This document shows positions 40,140 through 51,707 of a DNA stretch of 64,000 nucleotides, piece after piece; within the stretch, counting starts at the first letter, position 1, and each line of letters starts with the position of its first letter. Below the pieces are notes generated by a model. The model was not told the DNA's origin. It did not search any database and worked only from the letters and a program-made list of their open reading frames with translations. Source of the DNA: Felis catus (taxonomy: Eukaryota); the NCBI RefSeq assembly GCF_018350175.1, contig NC_058379.1, positions 89,156,001 to 89,220,000 of the forward strand, given 5' to 3'. The translations under genes and the position numbers were made by a program.

Positions 40140-40260
40140 AATAAACACCATTAATAATTTGCAAATAACTGCAGTCCAAAGTTTATTGAACACGCATTAT
40201 TTATACAATAGAGTTTTATTTATGGAAATGATATATTTACAAATATTAAACAGTCTTTCA
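40140..40260 (-). terminator. Candidate mRNA-type cleavage/polyadenylation region on the minus strand
   Basis: On the minus strand: TGTAAATA (40241-40234), AATAAA (40220-40215), TGTATAAATA (40207-40198), AATAAA (40187-40182), then the G/U-rich GGTGTTTATT downstream. Confidence 0.5.
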
Positions 40261-42636
40261 TACCTCACCCTAAACTCTGCAAGTTATTCTTTGCTTTCAA
40301 AGCATTTTCATATCCAGCCTAGACATATAGTCAGATATTCATGCTAATTTATGCCTATTGTGGAAAGGCAAAAAAACCTAATTAGCATGAAAATTGCCAT
40401 GCACGGAGATGGGAATATATTTTATACCAGGATTTAGATGTATCACCAGTTGATAAATGTGTTACCTATTTAAACATCCCATTTGAGTGCAGAGAGGCAC
40501 GCGTCTGTATTGCACGATTTTAAAACAGCTTATCTACCCAAAAGATTGGTTTGTACTTTATAAATTATCCTTTACAAAGGAAGCATATCTCTTTCCCTGC
40601 TGTGTTATCAACATATACACACTAAATACCGTAAAGGCGGTCAGATGGTTATTTATTTCACCTTAACCATTAAGACACTCTTTCTTACTATTTTTTGTGT
40701 CTTTGTCACCAGAGGGAAACTTAAATATAACTTACTACGCTTTTCTTATGGGGATATTATATTCTAGGATCTGCTCATTGTTTGAGCAACTAGATGACAG
40801 CGATTGGAGCAGCCAGCAGTTGTGGGATTGTCTGTCCTGTTCTTTTGAAAATAGCTTTTGCCCACTTAATGTAAAGTATGTACAACATTTGAGACATACC
40901 TAAATTAAAAATTGGTTTGACTGATACAGTTTTCCTGTCTCCAAAGCATGGTGGTCTCCACAGTGTAGAGGTTATGTATAGGAGTTCAGGGAGAGCCCAG
41001 AGTGACCCACAGAGGGACAGGAGGGAAATGGGGAGCCTCTACTGGTATGGTGTCGTCTGAAAGAGGAGGCATACATTGGGCTTTGCTACTGCAGGATGCA
41101 CAGGTGGGCACCAGTATATTCACCTGGTTGAAGCCCAGGCTGGGCTTCTACACTCAGGACGCAAGTTGTCTCAAGGGAAGAACGTGAGCACCCAGGATGG
41201 GTGACGGAGGGGGGCTGACCATTGGCTTTTCTTAAAGTTTACAGTTTTAGGTACAATCACTTAGGAAGGTTGAAGAGGTTGTGTGACCTGATTGTAACTG
41301 AACCGATCCCTACAAAGCAATGTTTAGTTATGGAAGATCCTTGAAAAGAAGCCATGGAAGAAAGGCTAAATGGGAAAGCCAGGGCAAAGCTGAGGCTTCA
41401 CAGAAAAACACACAATTTTTGCACTCGTCTGGCATCCACTCCAAAAAGTTAGGCATTGGGCGACTGATTATTAGAGATGATATAGCATGAAAAAGGCAAA
41501 GCCTGATGCACCACGTTTCACGAGAACCTTCATCAGCTCCACGGCAAGATTAAACTAAGGGACAATCTATGACCTGATACAAACCCATCAAAAAATTATT
41601 ATCCCTCTAGAAACATGGGTTTACATGCAAGATGATTAGCAGTGATAGAGCCCTGTGTGTATATTATGCCATGAGGTATCCTCACTTTATGATTGCATGA
41701 GCCACACAATCAGCGCATGGACCATAAAGACAAACCTCTACAATTGTTTCAGCAATGTTAACAAAATTGTGTGAACCTTAATGTGAAATGTTTGCAAGTG
41801 CTTTTTTTTAACATATTTTTATAGCCCTACATGCAAATCGTTGCTAAACATCAAAAGGAACAGATAATAATGCTTAGAGGCGCTGTCCTGTACCAATGAC
41901 TGTCACATTTTTGTGTGACAAAGGCGAGTGCTGAAACTAAACGTTCCTGACCTACTCTTAGAAAATTCTAGTGCAAATCATCAGAAGATCCCACCCTGAG
42001 AAGATTTTTCCTTGAAAAAACTACTGCGTGGTCCCCGCACAGCATGTTTGTTTGTAAAACACTAGATGTGTTTCTATTGCCATTTTTTCTACCGGAAGTC
42101 CTAAAAGTGGAATAGAGTACATTTCAAGCAAGGTGAAGAAAGGTGTCCTGACTGGGGTCTAACCAGGGTGACTGTAATGTGAGAAACCACCCAAACAAGA
42201 TTCATCATGAACACAAGCAGCTGACCTTTCCGGAGATTCCAACCGCTCTGTGGTCTATTTACAAATATTGGTTAAAGATATCCCATGGGTAGGTAAGGGG
42301 CCATTTTCAAATGATAGAGAGCCATCATATACATGAGCATATAAAACAATCCAAGATCATGTTCGGCTTTGGCTGCTTTCCATTGGAAGAGGTTTTGAAA
42401 ATAATTGCTTCTTTTTCATGTGCATTAGAAAATACTTAAATCCCACGTATAGCTTTTAAAGACAAAACTGATTTGCAAAAATTTCATTGAGAGACATTAC
42501 TGAGGGACCTAAGATTTCTAGCCCATTGGCCCCCTGCCTCAGCCAAAATGGAAATAGGTTTGGACTGTGATGTGAAACCATAGGTTTTCAAGTTGAAGTT
42601 GGAAAGTAACTTACAAATTAAAAATATATTTATGAC

Positions 42637-42839
42637 CCGACTTCAGCTCAGGTCATGATCTTGCGGTTCGTGGGTTCGAGCCCCGCGTCGGGCTCTGTGT
42701 TGACAGCTCAGAGCCTGGAACCTGCTTCGGATTTTGTGTCTCCCTCTCTCTCTGCCCCTCCCCCGCTCATGCTCGCTCTCTCTCTCTCTCTCTCTTTCTG
42801 TCAAAAATAAATAAACATTAAAACATTTTTTAATTAAAA
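42637..42839 (+). mobile_element. 5'-truncated CanSINE (A box missing)
   Basis: Starts at CCGACTTCAGCTCAGG; perfect TSD TAAAAATATATTTATG at 42619-42634 and 42840-42855. Confidence 0.95.
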
Positions 42840-43820
42840 TAAAAATATATTTATGGCCATCAGTCTAATTAGAAAAACTAAATTTAGGATCAGTTGCACA
42901 GACAATTTAAACAATACAGAATTATAAAAATGTGGCTATTACGATAGGTTAATGTCTGTACGTCTCATGAAGATTAATGTCTATGTCTCTCAGCTGCATT
43001 GTATAATTATTTTTCTGCATCTGGGCTTCTAAAAGGTTGCATGAGTTTGGCAAGCCACTGGGCCTTGGTTTGCTTATGTTTATGTGAGAATAACAATGGC
43101 ACCCAAGCCACAAAATTTTTGTGAAGATAAAATGAGGTTATGTTTATAAAAATATTCTCAAATACACACATACATAAAGCCTTACAGAAATATTACATGC
43201 ACATAAAATTTTACATATGCATAAAAGGATCAATTATTTGTGATATTTTTTGAAATAATTTTGGATACTAGAGGTCGATCATAGATCTATTCTCAAGCTC
43301 ATTTGGCTTGAAGTCAGAAAGCTTGAGTATTATTCCCCAACATGCCTTGTGCTAATCACGGAACACTGCATAATGAATATTCTTACAGTTTTCATGTTTA
43401 ACTATCTGTCTCCTAACTTACAAACATATAAATAAGTAGTAAGCCTTATAAATTCTTCATTTCTTGAGTTTCTCTAACACTGTACTATTTTTAAAACTAT
43501 TCTTTGTATATTACCATGTTGCAATATTATTATTGCATTAAGAAGCTTTGCCCTGAAAACTTGCATGGATTGAAGATAATGAAAACACACGGTCTGACCG
43601 AAAACATTATTGTAACAGGTGATAACTATGTGCCAGGAAGACAAAGTTCTTCAATTTCTCAGTGCCCAGAACAATGAAGCTTTATTGTGTCGTGGCAAAA
43701 ATTGCAAATTTTTCGACCGAACCAATTGTACATCCTCTAATACGCTAGCACAAATTTTATATCGAAATCACATCTACGTCTAAATCACCACAAGTCTTGT
43801 GTGCACGTTTCTGGGCTCAC

Positions 43821-44002
43821 CTGTTCCCTGGCAGTAATTCCATACACGATCTTCCCAGGGTTACCGTGGCGTTCACAGTGTAAAGTCCAAGTGCTGATCT
43901 CCCTACAATAATTGTCGCACACAATAGGCACCCGGCCCAAATGGGGAGAAGGACCCTGTCGTCTTTACCAACTCTGTTGCCAAAGGGTTTTGTCACTGTT
44001 CA
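43821..44002 (-). other. Candidate internal exon (182 nt)
   Basis: Acceptor TTCTCTTTTCTTTTTCAG| and donor GAACAG|GTGAGC on the minus strand; each frame contains a stop. Confidence 0.45.
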
Positions 44003-44623
44003 CTGAAAAAGAAAAGAGAATCTCTGATACCAAGTCATTTGTCTGGAGTCTAAAAAGGAGGCTGCTACCAATGAGTATTAGAATTTAAACCACCTACTTG
44101 TCGCATTGATTTCTCTTCTTTTAAAAGAAAAAAAAATCGTGGTTGAATTCGTGCATTTTTAGACAGTTCAGTTTATTTGGCGAATAGCTAACTGATGCTT
44201 GCATGTCAGATCTGTGTGTCTTGTTTTTAGCAATGGAATTTGTCTGCTAAAATAGTTGTCTCTTGTTAAGCATATTTTATTTATGGTTAAGGAAAGCCTC
44301 TTGATGAGTCGTAGAGGTATCTTTCACAAATTGCATTAACATTAGTTCGAAAAGAGAACTGCTATTTCAGAGGCCAATATTCTGTGATGATGCTAAAAGT
44401 GGTTTGTATCATTCTGGGTCAAAAAAAAATGTGGTGAAACATCCTTATATCATAAATAACACCCATTACCATCAGCTCACTATACACAAGCCGGTGGAGA
44501 CAGAAGTCAGGGTGTTGGTGCCACAAGGGGCCCCACAGGAATGAGAAGGAAATACATCTTTAATTAAAGTCGCATTACGGTTAGTAACTCCTCTGTGGAC
44601 CAATAACTGGAGAATGAAGGGAA

Positions 44624-44624
<1 letters not shown>

Positions 44625-44657
<33 letters not shown>

Positions 44658-44668
44658 GCACACACACA
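44625..44668. repeat. (CA)n microsatellite
   Basis: Read directly. Confidence 0.95.
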
Positions 44669-44899
44669 ATTGAGTGGGACCTAATGACCCATCGAGTCAG
44701 CAGCTACGGTGCCCTCCCAGCGGACAACACCTCATCGCTTCGTCTCTGCGACCAGTGATTCTTTGTGTGCAAGACTCATGTGCATTGACTGTCAGACGCT
44801 TAGCAACACCTTCCAGTAATTAACAAAAAATACGTGTAAAACTCAAGTTGCTACTCTAAAGGAAACCATTGTTGTGGGCCCAAGAGTAGTTGACTATTC

Positions 44900-45500
44900 T
44901 CCTCTTCACTCCAATTACTCTGCGTCCGTTTCCCCCAGCCGGGAACACCACCGGTCTGGGTAGCTTAGGTTTCGCTAAATGAGTGGCCCAGCTCTTGCTC
45001 CGCCAGGAAAGCTGAACTGTGAGGCACGTCGGGTGCCCCTGCTGCGTCCCCACCGCCTAGGCCAGATGTTGAGCTGGGCTGCGGCAAGCGGGGGCTCCGG
45101 AGCGCCCTCCCCTATAAATCTCCCCAGGATGCTCTTTCTCTCTGCCCCTCCGTGTCCCCGCGACGCACGCCTACACGTATCGGCCCGAAACCGCGCTGCA
45201 AACCACCGCTGCCGCCTTTGTAGCAGGTGCACAGCATTGACCTCTCCGCTTCTAGTGTTCACATCTCCACTTGGGGCGATACCCAGACCTCACCCTGCCC
45301 CGCTGTCGTTTCTCGTCTTCCTTCGCCTGCACATCCCAAACTAGCTGTGCTGCTCCGACCGACCGTGAGGCATTTGGGAACTAAAACGTGTTCGTGGTTC
45401 TGTCTCCTGTTTCCTTAACAGTTTCTCTGCGCTTTTCTCTGCAGCCCCCGCTGCCTTCCCTCTTTATTACCACCTCAGTCGGGCACCTGCTGGGCACATC
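44900..45500. promoter_or_regulatory. CpG-rich segment with a TATA-like motif; candidate promoter or enhancer
   Basis: Densest non-SINE CpG cluster in the window (e.g. CCCGCGACGCACGCC, CGGCCCGAAACCGCGC); TATAAAT at 45113-45119 on the + strand. Confidence 0.45.
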
Positions 45501-45553
45501 ACAGCTTTCAATGCTGTCCCTGCCAGGGATGCGGGTCAGAAAGTCCCCAGGTA

Positions 45554-45774
45554 GGGCCACCTGGGGGGCTCAGTCCCTTGAGCTTGTGACTCTTGATTTC
45601 TGCTCAGGTCATGAGCTCACAGGTTGCTGAGTTGGAGCCCCACATGGGGCTCCGCGCTGACGGTGTGGAGCCTGCTTGGGATTCTCTCTCTCCCTCTCTC
45701 TCTCTGCCATGCCCCTGCTCACTGTCTCACTCTATCAATCAATCAACTTAAAAATAAAAGATAATAATAATAAA
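45554..45774 (+). mobile_element. Older CanSINE
   Basis: Diverged body (…GGAGCCTGCTTGGGATTCTCTCTC…); imperfect TSD AGAAAGTCCCCAGGTA / AGAAAGTTCCTGGGTA. Confidence 0.9.
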
Positions 45775-46549
45775 AGAAAGTTCCTGGGTATCATTCCAAT
45801 ACTTCAATGATTCATGCCACCACAAGGGTGCTTTTAAAGTTTTTTTCTCTGTGAGATGTATCCACAAGTAGACGAAAATTCCTCCAACTCTTCCTGAATA
45901 ATCGTGCCCACTGAGTTCTTGTCGGTGTTTTGTTGTCTTAACCTCCGGGGGTTCAAGCATATGGGAGAAGCATGTGCGGTGTGCAGATATTATCACCACG
46001 CTTATTTATTACACGATGGAGGCAGGCATTTGCCCAGAGCCTGAGAAGCAGTTGCAAACAGGTGACAGGACCTCGGGTCCTGACACGCATCGGGTATCTT
46101 GATGCACAGTCGCCACCCCGACCGCTCCCAGGATATGCTCTGTTTGTGTTCACAAAAGACACATGTTACTCCGTCACTTCCTGAATGATACATACAAGTT
46201 GTGGTTCTTTCCCTGAAACGACCTTCTTGGCGACTTGATTCAAGTCACCGCTGAACCTCAGCACACTCTTCGGTACAAGAAGCAAGTGAGTCCTAGGTTG
46301 GCTCAAGGGTCCTTTCTGTAAACAGGGTATCACCGTATAGGTGGTTGTTGCTTTGGGTTTGGCTGGGCCCCCACAGTGCAGATGGTCAGGGGCCAGGGCG
46401 TGAACGGCCAAGGCGCAAGAGTGAAGCCGGTGGGTTGTAGGGAAGAAACGCCAGGTGGTAGGCAGCTCCGACTGACCGTGGAAAGGGGCACGTGCAAAAG
46501 TCAAGGTGAAATTCACTCAGGGCGTTCTTGCCACACGTACCTCTCAAAT

Positions 46550-46735
46550 TCTCTTTTTAAAACTCGTATTCTCTTGTGGAAAGACCATGACATGAGATTT
46601 GCCCTCTTACTAAATGTTTCCGTGTGCAACACGGTATTGTTGACCGTTGACCGTGGACACGGCGTTGCCCTGCACAACTCCCGAGCTTTCTCCTCTTGTG
46701 TGTCGGAAACTCTACACTCGTTGATTAGTATTTCT
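46550..46735 (-). mobile_element. L1MA-like 3' end fragment
   Basis: CATGAGATTTGCCCTCTTA…GTGTGCAACACGGTATTGTT…GAAACTCTACACTCGTTGA resembles the reverse L1MA 3' UTR end. Confidence 0.65.
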
Positions 46736-48261
46736 TTACCAAAGGAAGAGGATGGCGTTTTTTAGTCAACGTCTTTGTGTTAGAGCTGAAGAAAATGAGA
46801 CTGAAAAAGGAGAAGTAATTTGCCAAAACCATTTAGTGGCAGAAATGTTACTAATACACCAGTACAAATCCCCACCCTTGTTCAATACCCTCCCCAAGAC
46901 ACAGTATGAGGTGATCTGGGCCCACATGTAACAGAAGAACTTTCTCGTAAGTGGGGGAAGTTATGTTTTATTCCAAATGACTTAATCAGCTCTGGTGGGT
47001 GTGCCTTCCAAGTTCTGTTAGAAAATTGTTATTATTTAGGAAAAAACATGTGTGATGTTTTAATGCTAACAACAAACCCAATGTAAATCATATGGTACTT
47101 TTGTAAACCTCTGTTTTGATGTAGGGGAAAGAAACACAGTTTCCCTCCTTTGCATACGTTTTGTGCATATATATATAAATAAGATACGTATATGTTCAAA
47201 ATGGCGTTTGATATTTTCTTTAGATGGATCCATGGAAAAAATCAGTATAATGTCTGGTAATCAAATAACATAAAAAAAGGAACGTTGTGACTTTCTTTTT
47301 ATTTAGCCTTATATAACTTCCAGTTTCAGAGCTGATCACTGTTTTTAAAAAATCTCATTTTAAACCAGAGAAAACACTTCCTTTTTTTTTTTTTCAGCAT
47401 AACGTATCAATCTGTTTCCGCCACAAGGTGTTGCAAAATAGCTGACTATATGAGCAAACATCGAAACCCGGTAACATCACCCCAGTTCCTGTAGAAATGC
47501 AGCAACCAGATTGATTACTCTTATTTCTACCACCCTCTGCTAACTCTGACACTTAGCGCTCAACCCAGGGGCACCGGGAAAGAGCAGATTTATGGCCAGG
47601 TCGTCTCCTTTCCCACAAGAGTCTTCCTTTTAACTAGGCCACAAGGTGTCACCTCTGGATGCAGATAGAGGGTCCTCCTTTTCAACAGAATTCTGTTGAT
47701 CTTCTGAGCAAGTGAGCAGGGAACAACACTGAATGCGCCTAAATATTTAGATTTAAGATTTAGAAAAAGGTGTCATCAGAAATACGGTGTGCAAGAGAGA
47801 TGTGACACGAGTTTTGAAAAACAAACACCGAATAAGCCCTCATGCATGAAGAATTATGTAAATACAACAACTTCAAATACACTCAGCTTCATTTAAACTG
47901 TCGTTGAAACGGCTGGTTTTAAAACATCCCAGGGGATGAGACACGCAGAATGCTGTCTACTTGGCAAAACCTGAATTTGCAACAGCTCCTCAAAGACAGG
48001 GTCTAGAAGGTTAACAGTGTGTATATTGGTAGGTCGGCTCTCACTGTGGGATCAGCCAAGGTCTTCTGGTATTTTGAACACATCGGCTTAACATGGAAGC
48101 AAGGGTATGTATGCACTTTCTCTAAGGGATTTTGTTGTAGGTTTAGCATGTAGAGTCTATGTTCAATTAAGTCCACCAATGGAAATAGGGATATAGTGGA
48201 GGCATATAATCTTCAGGATGTTATTAAAGTCAGTATTTTATATTAATAATAATATTTTCCT

Positions 48262-48464
48262 GGGGCGCCTGGGTGGCTCAGTCGGTTGAGTGTCTGACTT
48301 TGGCTCAGGTCATGATCTTGCAGTTGTGAGTTCCAGCCCCGCATCGGGCTCTGTGCTGACAGCTCAGAAGCCTGGAGCCTGCTTCGGATTCTGTGTCCCT
48401 CCCCCACTCATGCTCTTTCTCTCTCTCAAGAAGAAATAAAACATTTAAAATTTGTTTAAAAAAG
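48262..48464 (+). mobile_element. CanSINE
   Basis: Full head; TSD AATAATATTTTCC at 48248-48260 and 48465-48477. Confidence 0.95.
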
Positions 48465-48777
48465 AATAATATTTTCCAAGTTATAATAACGTTCTAAGGC
48501 ATCACTTATTCATTCAGCGTGTAATTATTGAGCGACTTCCCTATGTCATACACGGCCTGGTGAATGGCATGCAGAGATGAGTAAGATGTGGCCACTTGCC
48601 CTCAGGGAACAGAATTTAGCCGCATAACAGACACTGAGTGATACCACAGCTGTGATAGAATCCAAGTGTCACAGAACTCAGAGAAGAGAGCTGTTTATAT
48701 GGGAGATTTAAGAAATATATATAAATATATATTTATGTAAGAAATATATGATATATATATTTAATCTAAAATTTTTA

Positions 48778-48991
48778 TGTTTTTAATGTTTATGTTAATA
48801 TTGAGAGAGAGAAAGAGAGACAGGGTGTGATCAGGGGAGGGGCAGAGAAAGAGGGAGACACAGATTCCAAATAGGCTCCAGGCTCTGAGCTGTCAGCACA
48901 GAGCCCGATATGGGGCTCGAACTCATGAACCATGAGATGATGACCTGAACCGAAGTTGGATGCTTAACCGGCTGAGCCACACAGGAGCCCC
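48778..48991 (-). mobile_element. CanSINE
   Basis: Reverse complement begins GGGGCTCCTGTGTGGCTCAGCCGGTTAAGC; imperfect TSD TAAA(A/G)TTTTTA. Confidence 0.93.
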
Positions 48992-49017
48992 GTAAAGTTT
49001 TTAATATAGGACAAAAC

Positions 49018-49165
49018 ATGCAATTTCTCACTTCATCCTTCTTTTCTTTCCATCTTGGACTGAATTCCGCCATATTTTTTTTCCTTATTATGCACCTATG
49101 GGAGAGCTGTTGTTCAGTGACAGCTATACAGTACATGCTGTTGCACTCCAATCCCAGTGGTGTAT
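49018..49165 (+). repeat. Local duplication, copy 1 (partner 51708-51856)
   Basis: 49083-49165 versus 51774-51856 differ at 5 of 83 positions. Confidence 0.92.
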
Positions 49166-49689
49166 GATACTTATTCCCTTAGAATTTTGTCAGTCACTGA
49201 AAGGAAAGTGAGGGTGGCCTCCTAAGAATCAGGAGATTCAAGAAGAACCTTGGGGGTGGAGTAGCTCAGCATAGTTCCAGACAGAGAAGTAAGTAAAGGA
49301 CAGGAACCTGCATGCATAAAAGAAAGGGCAGTGATTGCTGAAGTGATGTCCCGGAGAAGAATGGGCAAGATGAGAACAAGGGAATGCATGAGGAATACAT
49401 AAATGTACATCATACAGGAATCCAGAAGCTCGCAGAGAGAGAGGAGGGGAGGGGAGGGAGTTTATGCTGTTCTTTTCTATGTCTTCTGAGAAGAGGGCAT
49501 TGAGAACAGTCACGGGGGAGGGAAGTGGTTGGAAGCAGGAGACTAGTAGAAGGAATAAATGTACAGAAAGTGACTCTGGGAGCAGCTGAAAAAGGCAAAT
49601 CCATTTGATATGAGGTAACTGAGAAGTCCTGGGAGGTCACCTCATGTTAGAGAATAAAATGTGAAACCAGACTACTCAAAGGAAGGTAT

Positions 49690-50845
49690 CAGAGATGCCC
49701 ACTTTGCTCTATCCAATGGATATGTTTCAATCCCTTTCTTACCGGTAGCATTCAACATTGCTAACTGCTCCTTCTTTTTTGAAATTCATCTTTTTTCCAT
49801 GAAACCGTGCTCTCTTATCTCACTGTCCACTCCTTCTCAATGTGCTACTCCATGCACAACCTCCAAAATGTCAAAGTTCCTTAGAATGTGGTACTGGAAG
49901 CTTTTTAAATCCACTCTTGTCCCCATAAGATTCCATGCGCTGCAGCAGCTTTCTATTCCGCCCAAATGCTGATGACCCCAAATGTGTTTCTCCCTGGAAC
50001 TCTAGACCCACTTATCCAATGACCTAGTGACATCTCCCTTGGGAGTGCTCACAAGGGTCTCAAATAATACGTGCGCCCTTGATATCTTTTCTCACAACTG
50101 ATTCTCTCCCCATCTTCTGTATCTCTGTCCATTTTAATTCCATCTTGTTGGTAAATGTTAAAAAGCTCATAGTTACCCTTGACTTCCTTATCTCCTTCCC
50201 TTCCCAGTCAATTCAGATATTATCTATCTGCATTTCAAAACATATCATTACTCATCCATTTCGTCCATTTCTACAGCTACCACCCTACTCCTCCTGCAAT
50301 TCTCTGGAAGCTACAGTTTGATGAAAACCTTTCTGAATGGTCTTCCTGACTTGTCTCATTCTAATCAAACCATGTTGCTCCTCTGCTAGATGGGAAACAA
50401 ACATACTTGGCTTTCCAGTAAGTATAAAATCCCAAATCATTTAGTCACCCCGCATCATCCTGCATCTCTGCCAACACCACCTTCCCAGCCTCATCTCACA
50501 GAAATAGCCACCATCCCCACTATTGTTTGTCCACATGGGTCTGTACCCTTATATTTGCCACCTCGGAGCCTTTATACACCTGACCCTTCTGCCAGAGAGT
50601 CTCTTCTCTCTGCTTGCCTGGCTCACTCCTGTGTAAGCTGCAGCTCTCAGCTCAAGTTTTCCTCCTCAACAGTTGTCCTTTATAACATGGATTATTTCAA
50701 CGAGATCCTTCCTTTATTCTTTCTCTTATTATCTCCCATCTGTGTGATTACGTGTTTGTCTCTCCTATTGGACTATCAGGATTTCATGTGTTTTGCTCAC
50801 ATCCCAGCACACTGTTCCTGGTACACAGTGCCCAGGAATATTTTA
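49690..50845 (+). mobile_element. L2 relic
   Basis: ATGCTGATGACCCCAAATG…CTCTAGACCCACTTATCCAA…GACATCTCC…; 3' end CACATCCCAGCAC…CCTGGTACACAGTGCCCAGGAATATTT. Confidence 0.8.
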
Positions 50846-51707
50846 GGAGTAGAAGAGAAGAAGGAAAATAAGAAGAGAAAGAGAGGAGGGAGAAGGAAAG
50901 ATGAAAAGCAAGAACCAGACAAATATTTTAGGTCATATACGAAGTTTGGTTCCAATCAAATAAGAGGAGAGACTAGGTAGCCCTCATGAGTCAAAGCTGG
51001 AAGGAAGCTGACATATGTAAAAGGAAGGATGGGGAGTGTACAGGGGCAAGAGCTAATGTCTCTCATAGACTAGAGGTCCTTCATTATTCATTAGCCCTGA
51101 TTATTCCTTGATCTTCTAGAATACCAGGGGAACCGGTTGAAGATAAGTGACCATAGTGAGAATGTTGGAGTAAAATAAAATAACATGCATCATTCATTTC
51201 TTCTTGTTTACAGGAATTACAGGAAGCTGGATCATTTTTGTTTTATGTTTCATGGGGGAGGTATTGTTAATCCACCATCAGTTGGCATGGTGTGATTGCA
51301 GAAACAGAAACAGAGCATGCATGTTCACAACCAGTGAGGTATGGAGCCCAGAAAGAAGGACAGTTTATTTGACTAAGACTCTTCTGATGCCATGAATTAT
51401 AGACACAGGTTGATCGTTACATCCTGTAATCCATGCTGAACATAGACAGTGTTACCTCTTGGAATAATTCTCTAAGCTCATCTGCCTTCTGATCTGACAG
51501 GTTGTTAGCAATGGAATTCCAAAGACTTCAACTGATCTGAAGACATGAGGAAGGAAGAACAAACAAGTGGGAGTGTGGAGGGCCAATTAAAGGCTTTAAC
51601 TCTGTCTAATGTCTGCTCCACCATGAAAACAGCTAAAAAGTAAGAAGTGACACACTGTGAATAAAGACAGTTGGTCGTATTTAGACTAAAGTTTTTGATG
51701 TTAGAAA

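Larger units (their letters stand above)
40160..45300 (-). ncRNA. Hypothetical spliced transcript (lncRNA or micropeptide gene); candidate exons ~45.1-44.9 kb, 44606-44470, 44002-43821 and 41309-~40165
   Basis: Co-oriented acceptor and donor motifs plus a poly(A) region downstream of a CpG-rich segment; no long ORF; identity not recognised. Confidence 0.3.

Noticed and set aside
40986-41056. Alternative minus-strand acceptor giving …DTIPVEAPHFPPVPLWVTLGSP*
   Set aside because: Looks like a protein C-terminus, but I found no in-frame upstream coding exon and do not recognise the peptide.
41900-41919. Short inverted repeat TGTCACA-N6-TGTGACA
   Set aside because: A 7-bp stem is expected by chance in 64 kb and is too short for a pre-miRNA.
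50390-50980. Longest ORF in the window (196 aa)
   Set aside because: Lies in an L2 relic and a purine-rich tail; no recognisable domain or exon context.
51214-51260. Plus-strand acceptor followed by a short hydrophobic reading frame
   Set aside because: Weak donor (GTATTG) and no linked exons; does not match micropeptides I know.
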